A stretch of 64,000 nt of DNA from Antedon mediterranea (Eukaryota > Animalia > Echinodermata): NCBI RefSeq assembly GCF_964355755.1, contig NC_092680.1, forward strand, positions 8,184,001-8,248,000, read 5' to 3'. This document shows, in pieces, positions 27,601-42,600 of the stretch (the stretch's first letter is position 1; each line of letters opens with the position of its first letter). The notes beneath the pieces were generated by a model. It was not told the origin of the DNA. It saw nothing but the letters and a program-made list of their open reading frames with translations, and did no database searches. The position numbers were made by a program, and so were the translations under genes.

Positions 27601-30600
27601 ATCATTGATAAATATTCCAATTATTAAATAATTTAATAAATCGGTAAAATTGACGTTTCGAAGCAAATATTCCATGATGAGAGGTGACATTTTTCGACAT
27701 GCCTCGTGTGCGGCGAAGACTAGTTCAGAAAAAGGAACAGTCCACTGCGGGGGTATCATTAATTAACGCGCATGCATACCATGCACATTGCCTGGGCGAC
27801 GGTAATTTAGTAATAAGCGGAGAACTGAATCCCCCGTAAGGAAAATGGTAAACACTGATATTTATGGTAGGGATTATTTTTTTCAGGGGTTGGTCTTGTT
27901 GGCCGCTTCGCACGAGGTCCACGCAAAGTCAAATAAAACGATGTGTTTTATCAAACAGAAATATAGATTAGCTTCAATTCAATACTAAATTAGCCAGATT
28001 TTGATAATGAGAAAGACTCAAAAATTCAATTTTTATCGTTAAAACTGACATTTGAGGCGGATGTACATAATAATAATAACCGATTTACATATCAAAATAA
28101 AGAGTATTTAAAGCCTGATAACATGCAACAAAAATTACTCCACCACCTATTATGGACCTCGTGCGATCGGGTGCGAAAATGGGTAGGTGTTTTCCAAAGT
28201 TATTTTTAGCGCGCGGATTTCGGCTCGCCGGCTTTTGTACCTCATTTTTAACTCACGTTTTCTATTAAAATATTTAATAAACATAGATTATAAATATATA
28301 AAAATAATCCCTTAAACAAGATCTTTCCAGGCATATAATTTTTATTCTCATGGGTACATAAGAAATAGTATATTTTTAACTTCAAAGACACGTCACTTTT
28401 GAAATTTCACGAACGTGTTAAAATCGCGGTAACGAAAATCAGCTTCATTGGGCTAAATAATAATAATATAAATGTAAAAGAAGTAAAATAACAAACAAAT
28501 ACATGCATTATTTATTTAATAATCATTTTTGCGAATTTTTATGGTTTTTTAAATTTGGCTAAAGGATTTTCAATTTGGCTAATGTTTTTCAAAACCTTTC
28601 GCCATTTTGCCGAACGAAATTTTGACCTTAGCGCGAGCGTAGTGTCCATATATGGGCACATCACATTTTTTTGTCGCACAAGTTTGATCATGTAGACAAG
28701 GCTTAACAGTTTAGTGTTGACATTTCTTCCACCCAATTTAATCATACAGTATTTTTTAAATACAGTAGGCATCATCAATAAAACAATAGCTTTTTTTCTA
28801 AGTATTATTAAAATTTTTCTTAAAAGTAGAACCCACAACACAAAATGTTATTGTTAAAGAATTTTTATTGACGTAATACATAGTCCGAAGGCGTTTTATT
28901 TCACCACTAAACACAACATCCAGCAAAAATATGGATATTAAAAACAATACAGACATACCCAAGTCAACAGTTAATGTCTGTCAACATTTTATTGGATGGT
29001 GTGTTTGTGTGTGACCTTTATCATACTGTTGGTTTCTGAGGGGAATACATTGTAATCCCTTTAACACTTTAAAAGTGTGAACTTGAATTTGTGAAAAAAG
29101 TTATGTTGTCATTTTCCCATTATATTGATACACTATCAGTATTGTTAGTGTCGAAGTGGTGTTATGACATTACTAGTGACATGTCAGTGCTGGTGACATG
29201 TCAGTATTGTTAGTGTCGAAGTGGTGTTATGACATTACTAGTGACATGTCAGTGCTGGTGACATGTCAGTATTGTTAGTGTCGAAGTGGTGTTATGACAT
29301 TACTAGTGACGTGTCAGTGCTGGTGACATGTCAAATGCTAATGACATGTCAGTGCCTGTGACGAACTTGTGACATGTCAATGAGGTTTGTGACATGTCTA
29401 TAGTGCTTGCGACATGTCATGATTTAATATTTTGGTCAGTCGACATCAGTGTTTTTTTTCTTCAAACATAAATTAAACTTATTTATTCAAGTTTTGTTGT
29501 CAGATTTGAGTACTAATCTGGAGTGATGAAGGCATAGCATCACAACCTAATAGGTTGAATCAAATTTAGTTTACTATACATGCTATACCGTAGCATTTTG
29601 AACATCAATATACATTATTGTGTTTTGTGTCCTATTTAGGTGTTTAAATTGTCATATTTCAAAGGAAATTGATTAATGAATGTGACACAAATGAAATAAC
29701 GATTCTGTGAATATGCTCTAGAATAGACTGGTAGTTAACAGCTTCTAAAACAAGATCATTTATACTTGCAGCATAGTGCCCAATATGTTTTTTTAACTTT
29801 GTTTGTGATAACTGTACATGGCATGTTCCAGTGGACCATAGAAATGATTAAAATTCTATTTTAGAAGGGAATTTGTTATCGATTCTTTAGTTTTTGATTT
29901 GAAATTTGAAAGCTGGCCAACCATATAACTTCCTAGGCTACCTATCTGACCAAAAAAAAAAAGAATAAATAAAAAGATATACATCCAACATGTAAAATAG
30001 TCTTTTGTGGAATTTATCATGGGCTGTATTTGTGAGGCTATGAATCCAATCAAAACATCTGTATTGTGAGTCTATCTTTAACATCCATTAGGGATAGCCA
30101 AATTGAATATGCATGTCATATCTTTTAATTGTTATCCCTGGTGCAAAGCAAAACAGACTTTAAGTGGATATTAGTTTCCCATGCGATATTCATTTCTGTA
30201 TCTTGCTTGCAATATATCATTGCTGGTCAATTTTATAATTTAATGAAATAAAAATATCTATCGAGGAATTCTAGCATCAAACTTGATTGTATCCGTGAGG
30301 CTGAAATGTATCATGATTTAGCGTAGACAGTATAATATTTAGATTATAATTATTGTTTTAAATCTAGTTACAGTACAAATCTAGCATTATGAAAAAGAAA
30401 ATATCGTATACTTTAATAGTAATTGTGCTACTGTATGTAGCTATACATCATTACCATAATAGAGTAATATACCAAATGCACTTTTTTTGTGATTATTTAT
30501 ATTTAGGAGTGAGGTTGATTTGAATTTACAGTACCGTATGTTGATAAGAGTACTTATATTACTAATATACTTTAAGTGTATAGGTTTTAGGTGTAGGAGG

Positions 30601-33600
30601 TACAGCATTTATGTGTCATGTGGTGCATATTCCACCCAGCCTAATTTAAATACAAGAAAGTACGTCTATATTTTCCCACCGACCCTAAACTTTGTTTACA
30701 CCCATCCCTAGCCATCTCTATTTAATGTACATTCATGGAATAAACTGTAGCAACATGTACTTTCATCAGTTTCCACATTTAAACTTTCAAAACAAAAACT
30801 ATTAAAAACACTAACTGTATGACATGCCTAGAAGAAGAATCTGTAATATGTAAAAGCACATGCTGCCAGTAGAACAACAGTGTTGAAACATTACTGTTTA
30901 TATAGCAATGCATTTAACCTTTGCACAGTATAAACCATACTACATCAGTCTCCAATAAGTCTGTAAATCAACACTACCATTTAAAAAGTGTCTTGTTGAA
31001 ATCAAACACAGACTTGTGGTCCTAGCAGATTACTTTGTTGAAAGCCTTTTGTATTACAAAAAAATAAATAAAAAAGTAAAGATGAATTTTAATTCATTGA
31101 CTAAAAAAACATGCGCTCTTTGTGAGAGTCCAGCACCTTAGAATCTACTAGGTGCAAACCTCTATCTGATCGTTCATATGGTTCTACTGTAATTTGTGGT
31201 TCTATTGCATGTCCAGCTATCTCCAAGGGCAGGATATATTTTGGAGTGTATGCAACACAAGACTACAACACCAACCTGGTAGTGGCCTTTTGAATGGCCT
31301 AAAGTAGCATCCGAGTGAATAGATGTTTTTACTTTAAAGAATGTTTTGTTTTCGTTAAATGAGGAGAATATTTTCATTTCTTAAAAGCCTATTTTAATAA
31401 CTAACTTTCTTTATTTTGGAAAAAAAAAAGAGACTTAATAAACAGAGATCTCACATTTGGCATGTAAATTGTGTGTGAACATACATTTAAACATAGCTTT
31501 AATATCTCATTTTATCACGCATTGAGTATGTGTGAACACACTTAACCTTTCAACATTTTATCTTCAAAGTATCTCTATTACCTATACCAGAATCATGTTA
31601 CATTATCATATTAAATTTGATATCATTAAAATATTTTAAGGTGTTGATCAATTATTTTGGTATGTTTACAACATAGCCATGATTGAAATAATTACTTTAT
31701 AAAATAAAAACAATATTATTGTACTGTATTCGTCTGATGTACAGTAAGTAATGCTATGATAGTTAGCACATTTTGAATAACAAATAGCAAGTTACACAGT
31801 CAGTGGATTATTAATACATTTGTTGGTGGTGGTAGTAATATTGATGGTAGCTACAGTTAACAGTAGACACTGAATCACACTGATCAAAATGGTAAACACA
31901 ACTATCCATTGATGTGTTTGGGATTGTAATTTGTACAGTTTTTACACCTGACTGCTAGGCATCACGCACCTCGTGCATGAAGATGATACAGTATTTTGAC
32001 TAAAAAATAATAAATACATGCAACCCCTGTCATTTCATAGTAACTAAATCGAATGTAAAAGCAAATTTACAGTATCCGGATGCAACACAGCCTTGTTTTT
32101 AGTTTTAGAGGTGCTTTTGTTTTATACATAATTTCTTTTTTTTTGTACTTCATCAATTTTTCCAGCAGATAGATAACTAGTTGTGCTATTAGTGTCGTTA
32201 ATGTACACCTACCAGCACTCTGCAGCTACAGTAGTACTTGCCAATGTCGTACTTTTTGAATCATATAATACTTAATGTGTTATAATCATGTGAAAACCCT
32301 GGTACTTGAATCAAAGCCAGACTTGAATTAGGCCCTTGAGATTGTAAGGCAAACATACAACCACAAGCTACTGTGACAGCTTCATATGAATTCTGTCTAA
32401 CATTCAACCTCTTTCAAATTTGACTTGATGAACGAAAGAATTTTATAGAGACCTAGTTTATGTACACCTCAATCTATCATTAATGTATTAATAATCACAG
32501 AGAGAGGCAAACCGCACAACAGGCTTATAAGGCATTGGATCTGCCTCATGGCTTAAAATAATTATTTCCAAGCCAACATACTGTATATATCTACAGTAGT
32601 GCTAATTATGCTTACATAAACAGCAATTTCTCATGCTCGAAATCAATAAAACTTTGTCTAGTCGTTTTATTACATATTGTTTGAATTTTGTATTATGTGT
32701 ATTGTTAAGCAAGTTAACACAAAATTTCAATGTTAATATATAAAAGTGTATACTATAAGTATAATGCATACATTTTATGTGTTGGTCGTAAACAAATTCA
32801 CACACATAATAATACAGAATTGTTTCAATATGTAATGTAGTTAAATGAAATCCCCTATCACATTACCTTGTACATTATGTGTGTAGACACCAGGAGCTAT
32901 AAATGGACGGTAATCACACCTATTTACTGCCAAAAACATATAAAACAACAAACACCACACACAAAATATTGGCAGGAAACACAAAAGGGAACTAAATCGT
33001 TATCAAAGTTAAGTATCAGTATGTTCTACTTGTATTATATAAACAATATTATAGTTTTAAAATTTAGCCAGCTAAAACCAAACTCTACTTTAATCTGATT
33101 TAGGGCCTGTTTCTATAGAGCAGAGAATACAGTTTTGAATATCGTTCCTTTCAAGAACAGCTTTTTCTTGCCAGCAGAAATGGGTCCCCACAAAAAAACC
33201 ACAAAAAAGAACCTATCTTAAAAATGTTTTCAAAAACTCCAATTGATTGCGGTCTCGATCGCAAAGAACCGTTCTGAAACCGGTTTCCGTGGAACAATTT
33301 TTAGCTGCAACACAATCACAGTCTCAATTTTACCCCAAAAACTTGACTCTGCAGTCTGCCGCACTACTGGGATGATTGCGGTCAACTCGCAGTCAAACCC
33401 ACGCGATTAGGCCTAGGCTGTCATTTTTATTTCTCTAGATAGTGAGTATTTTATTTAACTTAAAAATGTTGAACCATTACAAGGTTCGTAAAAAATATGT
33501 GAAGGGAAGAAGATGAGGGGACTTGTCGGGAGTCTGAAGAAAGACTCGCGTAGGCCTAGGCCTACTGTACACGTTTTGAAGAATATTGTAAAGCGTTTGA

Positions 33601-36600
33601 AAGCTAGACAAGTTCAACTTGACAATATCAGAGGGTGCGACGTACCTATACTTTAGCCAAGGACCACAATAACGTTTCAGGTAATAATTCCCCCTTATAT
33701 GATATGATGAAATGGATGCTATTTCTTGGGGATTGCGCTATGCGAAAAAAGGTAAACCTCTATCCAATCGCACTTCCGCCTAACGAACTGCATTGTGGTG
33801 TATATCATGACGTCATTCATAACGAACGCACATGGACGGAACCGGTTTTATTGAAGTAAAAATTGAGCTGCAACGCGATCTTTATTTATAAACAACAGCC
33901 GAAACCGGTTTTGAACACCAAATCCTAAAATAATTATATTTTTTATAAATATATAGGGCACATTCAAGTTGTTTATAAATAATGAAAGAGAATTCATTTT
34001 TAATCATTTTTTATATTTTTATTGCAAACGCCAAATGTCACCTAGTTATTATTCATGTTATTTGAATAATATGAAAACAAGATGATTTTGAATTTAGAGT
34101 TTCATGAATCAATAATTGTTAAACTAAGCTAATGAATGTACTGTGTGATCTTGAATTCAAAGCTCACATAGTTAATGTAATAATCAATAAAGGTAGGCTT
34201 ACACACTACAGTAAGTCATAATGTTTATTCCCCAAATTTATTATAAAGTTGATAAACTATGAAACATTCTCCAATGATTGATTAATTGTACGTATTCATA
34301 TCTACAGCTCATTGGCTTCAATAGTAAGTGGGTGTCTCGGTTAATTCTGAGGAGCTAAACATTTGCCAAGTACATTGGTTGCTTGTTATGTTTTTTTGGT
34401 TGCATGCTATTAACATCTACAATTTTCAAGTTATCATCCTTGTTATACCAACAGATTATATGAAAATGAATGTATTGATGGTGTCACAAAAGCTAATTAA
34501 AATCTTGATTTATATATTATATCTTCAATTATGGGCCCAAATAATTATAGCACATCCTCTCTGCATCTTCCCAAGTATTTCATTGATCATTTAATTTATT
34601 TGAATTATGATAGATTGTATTTATCACTTGTACTATGTCACCTCAAACTCAGTTTTTTTGATATTCGAGTGTACTACTATAATAAACAGACCAATATAAA
34701 GTGCAGTTCCTTCATAGTGTAGAATTCCTATATTGGTAGGCACCTATACAGTATTGTGCACTGACATTGTAAACGGTTACTTTACCATCATGCACATTGT
34801 GACTGTTAGACCCCATTTACACTTCAGCTTTTAGCGAGCCCGAGGCCGGCTCCGAGCCAAAAGTGCACAAGTGTGAGAACAACCGAGCCGGCCTCGAGCC
34901 GGCTCAATTTGTAGCCTAGTCTAGAGTAGACTTCGGGCCGGCAATTGCGGGCTTCGGGCCGGCACTTCGTATAGTGTAAACACTCGCGGTCATAAAATGA
35001 ACGTTCTGGGTCAACCATAGTTTAAAGTTTACGAAACTTTTTGCTGATGAACGGGAATTCTTCATTGAAATTAAATTGGCATTGTTTGTCATCGATCGAA
35101 GATGTCTTCCATTTCGTGAAAAAGGCGTAAACTATTGATTTACTATTATTCTTCAGAAAACGAGACGCAAACATTAGTAGTAAAGCAATAAAACAATTGT
35201 TTTGATCCATATTAAATTTCGATAGGCCTAGGCCTAGTGTAGATCGACAACGTTTAATAATATTAACTTTTTAAGACGGTTGGTGGGCGCACATGAGCGT
35301 ATATGACGTGAATGTAGCGAAATCGTATCATCGAGCACTCTTCCGCGAGAGCAAGTGTAAACGCAATAGTAGGGGCCCGAGGCTGGCTTTTTGGGTAAGT
35401 GTAAACACATTGCGGGCTAAAAAGAAAGCCGGTGTCGTTCCGACTTGGGGTCGGCTAAGAAATCGTCGATGAAGTGTAAATGGGGTGTTATTCTCGCACA
35501 TCATCCCCTTTGAATTAAACAGGAAATATATTTTAAAATGGAGATCATTTAGTGTCTCAGAACTGCTTAAACACCAAACTCCCTTGATGTACATAAGAAA
35601 TGTGCATTCTCAAGATTGTTGTGTTAAGCATTTAAATTGGCATTTTTATGGATCGTGTATTACCAAAGTGTCTATGCCTTGAGAAAATCGTTAATGAGGT
35701 ATTCACTTTTGAATAATGTTCAATGTTTATTATATTACAGAAGAACATTAATAGGGATTTCAGTCTTTTTAACATTAGCAAATGCTTTAAACTATTTATT
35801 AAAGAAAAATATAAATTGCTACTGTATGTGTATAATATTAATAAAGCAATATTATTACCTTTGTAGAAATAGTTGACTGATATGATTATAAACATTTCTA
35901 TAATTTTTAAGAAAAAAGAAATTAAATCTGAGATTACTATAGACGTTTCTATAGTAATTCCAGCCAAATTATCTAAGCAAGTTAGGTTCAGCACAATTAG
36001 TGATAGAGATATCTGCAAGCATCTGATTGGTTGAAACCTTGAATAGATTTTCCAGATTGTAATTTATGCATATTATTAAGTCAGTACTGTACTAAGAAAA
36101 TCAAATTTAAACACAAGTTCAGTAGTGTATGGTGTTGAGTGGTTTGTATGACTGACAGTGGTATTCTGAATGAGCTATTTATATACAGATTTACATTTCA
36201 TTCAGATCAGTCCAAATTGCCATACTCTGATCAGGCTTAAATCAATCAAAATCTATAACATTGCTTTTATGTTGTGCTCATTTCATAACATTCGTCTTCA
36301 TTTTTTTAAACACATCATTTTTCTAATCATTGAGTTTTTGCTATAATATATTAAATCCTATTACTGTATAATATTTTATTAAAATTAAATCTACTGAATA
36401 CCTTTGTGAGTCTGCCACAGCCAAAAGTATGTCTCATATTGGGATAATAAAATCTTTTTTTTTTCAATTTTATTGAAAATATATATTATATAGAATTGTT
36501 TAATATCCATTAATGTAAGAAAAGTACTGTGTATAATTTATTTACAAAAAAATTGTTTTTGTATACCAATTTCAATTTGTTCTCCCAAGTAATTTTGGTA

Positions 36601-39600
36601 TAATGTTAGGAGCTGTCTTATGTCTTATTTCCTCACTATTTTTATGCAAAATCGTAAAATTTTATATCATCAAATTGAACATTCACTGTCTCTTTAGGCT
36701 CCTGGGAGCTGTTATGAATGCAAGTATGATATCATTTTGTAAAGGGATAGCCTTAGGCATAACTGTTGTTATTAGAGAAATGGGGTCTTAAGGAAGATTC
36801 TGCTTTGAAGCCTGTAGAATTGTCAATATGTATTGATCTAAGATTGCCAGTTATGAGCCTACTGTACAATCAATTGATTAGATTCCAGCAATGAAACTGT
36901 GAAATGTTGACTTACATAGTGAAATTCAAATTTTACGAACATAAAATTATCTGCCGAATATCAATATTTTCTTTGACAGTCCAGAATTAAAACAACAAAT
37001 TATAGATAGTTGGAATTCAGTACCATTTGAACTAATTTATAAATCTATATATTTTGGAAGAGGAATAATAGTATTATTTTTAATCTGTATACTGTACCAA
37101 TACATCGGTACTGTAGTAGCACTATATACATGAGATCTTACTGAGTAATTAGTTGGGTAAAAATATCAAGATTTAAAAAAAATATTTAAAAAAAAGGTAT
37201 TTGCATCACATTTTGACCTAAAGCTTAATTTATGCCATTTTTAGACAGAAATTATGAAAATAGATTGGTTGTTTCCTGAGGTACAGTATCTTTCCTGATG
37301 GATATTTTCCTTCAAATTATAATACTATAATTATCTAATTAGCATCAATTTATATTTCAATTGGTTCATACTTTAATTTGAGAGCAGCAATTATTGTTTT
37401 AAAGTACTACTACTAGATGATGATGATAATAATAAGTGGGTAAATATAATGAGCATCTTTTTAAGGAGCTGCTGCCTCAGATCTTTTGAATTCTTCCCAC
37501 AGTGTTGACCTGTATGTAAACTATATGTTTACAGTTTATGTCTCGTAAATGTAAGATTTATCTAAGCATGTGTCTTCAACTGACCTATCTTACAAACAAA
37601 TAAGATGAATATAGTTCTGTGTAATTGCTCTTCAGGTCAATTCACCAGGAAGTTGTTGATTTTCTTTCTTTACATAAACATTGTCCCTAAACATTTCAAT
37701 AATGCTTTCGTTTTAGGCTGGAATGCTTGTTGGTACACAACATCCAATTTCAATTGAACCATGAAACCTGCACCTACAGTACTGTACCCCAAACCCCTTA
37801 CGACCTGAAAGTGTCATTGTATGAAATGGCCAGTAAATTTGTCCAATTTGGGAAAAATGTTGGCGTTGCCCAGCATAAATGTCTTCCCCATGATGTAGCA
37901 CGGGATTGAGCTCAAAAAGTTCAATATATAATTATATACTTTGTTATTTTGAAATTTATTGTATTTTTAGAAATTATCAAATTGTACTATTTATTTATTT
38001 CATTTCCAAACCAAGTGAACTCATGGTTCACCACTTACAGGAGGGAACACAGACAAACACAAACACAAACAATAAAAAACATTAAGCTAAACTATTAACA
38101 ATGTTACGATAGAGATAATTACTAAAAATATCTAAAATTAATTAATGAGAATGTTTTTTTTTTTTGCAGGTGGACCATGGTTATTTGCTTTGAATGTCAA
38201 GTTTTACCCTCCAGACCCTATCCAGCTTTCTGAAGACATTACCAGGTAACAAAACCTACCGGGAAAAAAAAATGTTGTCTATACCTGATCGACTAAAAAT
38301 TTGAGAAAATATAGGTTCAGCTTACTTTGTACATTTAACATTTAAAATAAAAGTTGTACTACATAAATACGTACATGTAAATAAGTTTTAATCAAAATTC
38401 AAATAAATTTGTAACAGGACAGAAAATAGTTACTTGCAGGTAATCCCTGATGCATAATTATGCCTTTAATAGACCAAGAAAATATAAGTATACTAGATGA
38501 TTATAGTAGAATATGGTTTTATTTTGCTATTAAGATTCAATACTGATAAGATACATTTGAGTACCATTTTGATTTTCTTTCGTAAATGAAGATGTAGCAA
38601 AAGCATGTTTATTTCTTTTTGATACTGTGAGGATTACTGGTAGTGAATCCTGATTTTGGAATTTGTTTTAATTGAAATGTAAAGATACTAGCAACTTTAT
38701 TATAGTTTTATAAACATACTTGAGTGTATCTTGCCATTTGATAATCAACCAACAATCAACTAGAAAGTATAGAGTTAGTCAGTGTCATGAAATATTCTCA
38801 CCATTCAACGCCTAAATACTGATTATTTAATACTATTCCATTGCTTTAAATGTGAATTTGACTAAGAAGAATACACTGTATTCGGCATTCTGGTTTCTGT
38901 TTTTTTTTCTGCATATAAAAATCCCATATGTTTTTGACAGTAATTTGTTAATTCCACTGAACATAATGTTCATGTTGTTTATAATTGACCAGAGATGCGC
39001 CGAGTATATCAATTAATTAGTCATAACATCCGGAGGACATGCTCTACTTATTTGCACATAAAGCTATTATTTATAAGGATGAAAGGCTCAGTACCACATC
39101 TGAATAGAGGATGAAGATTAGTCTTGTCATTTAAGGGATGAGCAAAGTGGAACTACCTCCATCCAACATGTCGATGTTGATATACACCAGTAAAATGGTT
39201 GTTTAATACAGATCTTGTGATATAGCAGTAATGGTTGCTTAGCTTACTCGGATCAGGTGCCATTTTCGGCCACCTCGACTTATATGGAATATACCATCAT
39301 TATTATGATAGGGGTGTGGTTTATTATGTTTTATGTAGAGAAGGATGTCTATTGAATGGGAAGACAATACAATTGTTCTGTTATGTAACCTACAGTACAA
39401 ACTACAAGGTGCATGCATGTTTCTTTGTATTTAAGCACAATTTCAGAGTAGTACTTGTTTCACATGTAAATTATAACTGTGTGATATCAATTTAAAAAAT
39501 TAAAAAATCTATATTATTCATACCTTACCGTTGCCTTCACTCGTCTTCAAAAAATCTCCATTCCATTCCGACTTTTAACACTAAAACGTATGGCCTAAGC

Positions 39601-42600
39601 ACCTTTACTTATGCTGCCTCTCGCTTATGAAATGACCTACCCGCCTTTAAATCTGCCTGGAAAACTCATCTTTTTCTTTCAAATTGAGCTCTCTCATACC
39701 TTTGATCACTTACTGCTGAAATTGGCGCATTACAAATTCGTATTATTATTATAATTAGTAGCTTTTTAACAATGATAAAATTTGTTTTTTCAGATACCAA
39801 TTAGTGTTACAAATACGAGAAGACATCCTAAAAGGAAAGTTGCCATGTTCATTTGTCACGCATGCACTTCTAGGTTCCTACATTGTCCAATCGGAATTAG
39901 GAGACTACGACCCAGATGAACACGGTTCTGACAGTTCCTATCTTGAAGACTTCCGTTTTACTCCAAACCAAACACACGATCTCGAACAGAAGATTCATGA
40001 ACTACACAAGACTCACAAGGGTCAGACTCCGGCAGAAGCAGAATTGCATTACCTTGAGAATGCAAAGAAGCTGGCGATGTATGGTGTGGATCTTCATCAT
40101 GCAAGAGATTCTGAAGGCGTTGATATCATGTTAGGAGTTTGTGCTGGAGGTCTTCTCATCTACCGTGATAGACTCAGAATTAACCGTTTTGCATGGCCTA
40201 AAATCCTTAAAATTTCCTATAAACGGAATAATTTCTACATAAAGATTAGGCCCGGCGAGGTTTGTATCAGAACATATTATATTAGTTAACATACTTTTCA
40301 TTCATTTACTAAGAAGAGGTAAAAATTCAGTAGAAACCCTCCTTTGGGTCATCCCTATTTAGAGGACACCTCAAGGAACATTAAAGGATACTCTCTGAAA
40401 TTAAGAAGGGAACTGCGACCAATTATTATTGAGGGATACACAGTGATACTGTACTTAATAATGTGCAGACCAGTGATACAGGTGTAATTTTGTGTATATT
40501 GTTAATATTTGAAATATGGCCCAAAGGGATATTTTGTTTAGAGGCCATCATAGCCTGATATGTGTAGTAATACCCAATATGTTGTTACTGGTTGTGTAAA
40601 AAATGATAATACAAACATTCTTACCTATGTATGAATGTGATACAAGTTACACCTTTTTCTACAGGAATATTTTATTCCATTTAAATTCCATTTTTATTTT
40701 TAATTATTAATAAAGTACAGTAACACACTTCTCACCTACTAAACCTAAGGTGTAAAATAAAATTCATCTGTCTAATATTGCAAAGTATTAGTTTACTCAT
40801 AGGCCTAGCTGTTGTAAACGTTTTTTTTGTGTCCAAGAGATTGGTTGCTGGTTATACAGTAATTAATTTTCCTCACATCAGAAGAAAATAATTATATGAA
40901 TGCCATTTTTAACCTTCATTAGCATAACGATATTATTTAATCATTATATTATCTTGTTAATATGTTCACAGTTTGAATTGTTTGAAAGTACCATTGGATT
41001 TAAATTGGCCAATCATCGTGCTGCTAAGCGTTTGTGGAAAGTATGTGTAGAACACCATACATTTTTTAGGTAGGTTTCAATTTCAAAGCAAAAGGTAATC
41101 TCAAGATTTTTAAAAAAAGGTTTTCTGCGTGAAACCGTTGACATTCTCTTGTATAACCCAATAATCCATTGTGACACTAATTCCGGTACAGTTTGCCAGA
41201 ACCTTTTTTATTTAATGCTTAATAAACGTTTTGTATTTCACAGACTAGTTTCACCTGAAGCCCCACCAAAGAAGACCCTCTTTAACCTAGGCTCTAAATT
41301 TCGCTACAGTGGCAAAACACAATTCCAAACTCGACAGGCCAGCAATTCTATTGATAGACAAAATCCGGACTTTGAACGTCTGAACAGTAAGCGACTGACA
41401 CAAAGCATGGATGGTGGTAGGTTACTAACATTGCACTAGTAGTACTACTAACAACAGTGGCATCAATGAGTTAAATGGTTATTACTATGGTTCTGATTTA
41501 CCAATAGATAAATAAAACAATAAAATAAAGAACAAAATAAATATCACATGCATTATTTACACATTTAACCATGTGTTATATTTTATAACTTCCTGCATGT
41601 TCATTGTCTTGGTGGTTTTCAACATTTTCTCACAGAGATGGCACTACGAATGAATATTTTCACTTAAAAATAACTTTTTGTAATTTTATTTCACAACATT
41701 AGAATGGTGATGTATTTACACATTAAATGTCAATTTATTTCCAGATAATACACAATTTTATATATATATATATAATTTGACTTGCTATGTAAGAGGTGAA
41801 ATCCATAGATCTTTAAGCTATTGAGCTATATGTTTATTTGCATTAAACACTACCTGCTATACATACACTATTAAAATGGACCTGAAATGGAATTTTGATT
41901 TTCAAGAAATTCACACATGTTATTTAAATTTATCAAATTAACACAAGCCCATACAAATAAAAACAAAATGTATAGTATTTTGAGAAAAAACGAAATTTTA
42001 AGATACCTTGGTAAATTAGCGAAAGTTACTCACGCCATTGCAATATTCTATTTCAACGGCCGTCGGGAGTATCTATATTCACGACGTCACATATACACAC
42101 AGCGATATCGATCAAGAGCGTGTATGCCACCCGATAGTCCGTGAATGATCGACGGCCTGGAAAGATACGCGAAGCGTTGACACTAATACTAATTTATTCA
42201 ATATATAATGTTGTTGAAATATAGTGCCCTAAAATGTACTTTGTTTGTTCTAAAACCCGAATTTAGAAGGCCTAGGCCTACCTCCCAAACCTTTACTAAT
42301 ACTAGGCCTAGGCTAGGCGGTGCCCAGCGCGCGGAGTCGATCCACCACCCACGTTTCATGTGCATCCAAAGCGATTATCAACAACTTGCTGCTCATTGTC
42401 AAGCCAAAGTAAAATATGAATCAAATTCGTTTTCGAACTGCCTGATTCGTGACAAATAAATTACCATCTCATATTACTATAATTTAATTCTGCTAAACTA
42501 AAAACTAAAGAAACTAACACATTTTAGCAGTATAAATTACAAACGAATACAAATTACAGTACACACGAACGGAAAAATATGGATACGCATCATTGCACAC

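Noticed and set aside
33103-33910. Complete Harbinger-like element starting TTA|GGGCCTGTTTCTATAG
   Set aside because: CpG-rich and TE-like, but no matching right TIR or TSD was found; at most a truncated relic.
37716-37909. Extra protein 4.1 exon upstream of 38170
   Set aside because: Exons 24305-24347 and 38170 already join into a continuous FERM sequence, and this peptide has no similarity or good donor.
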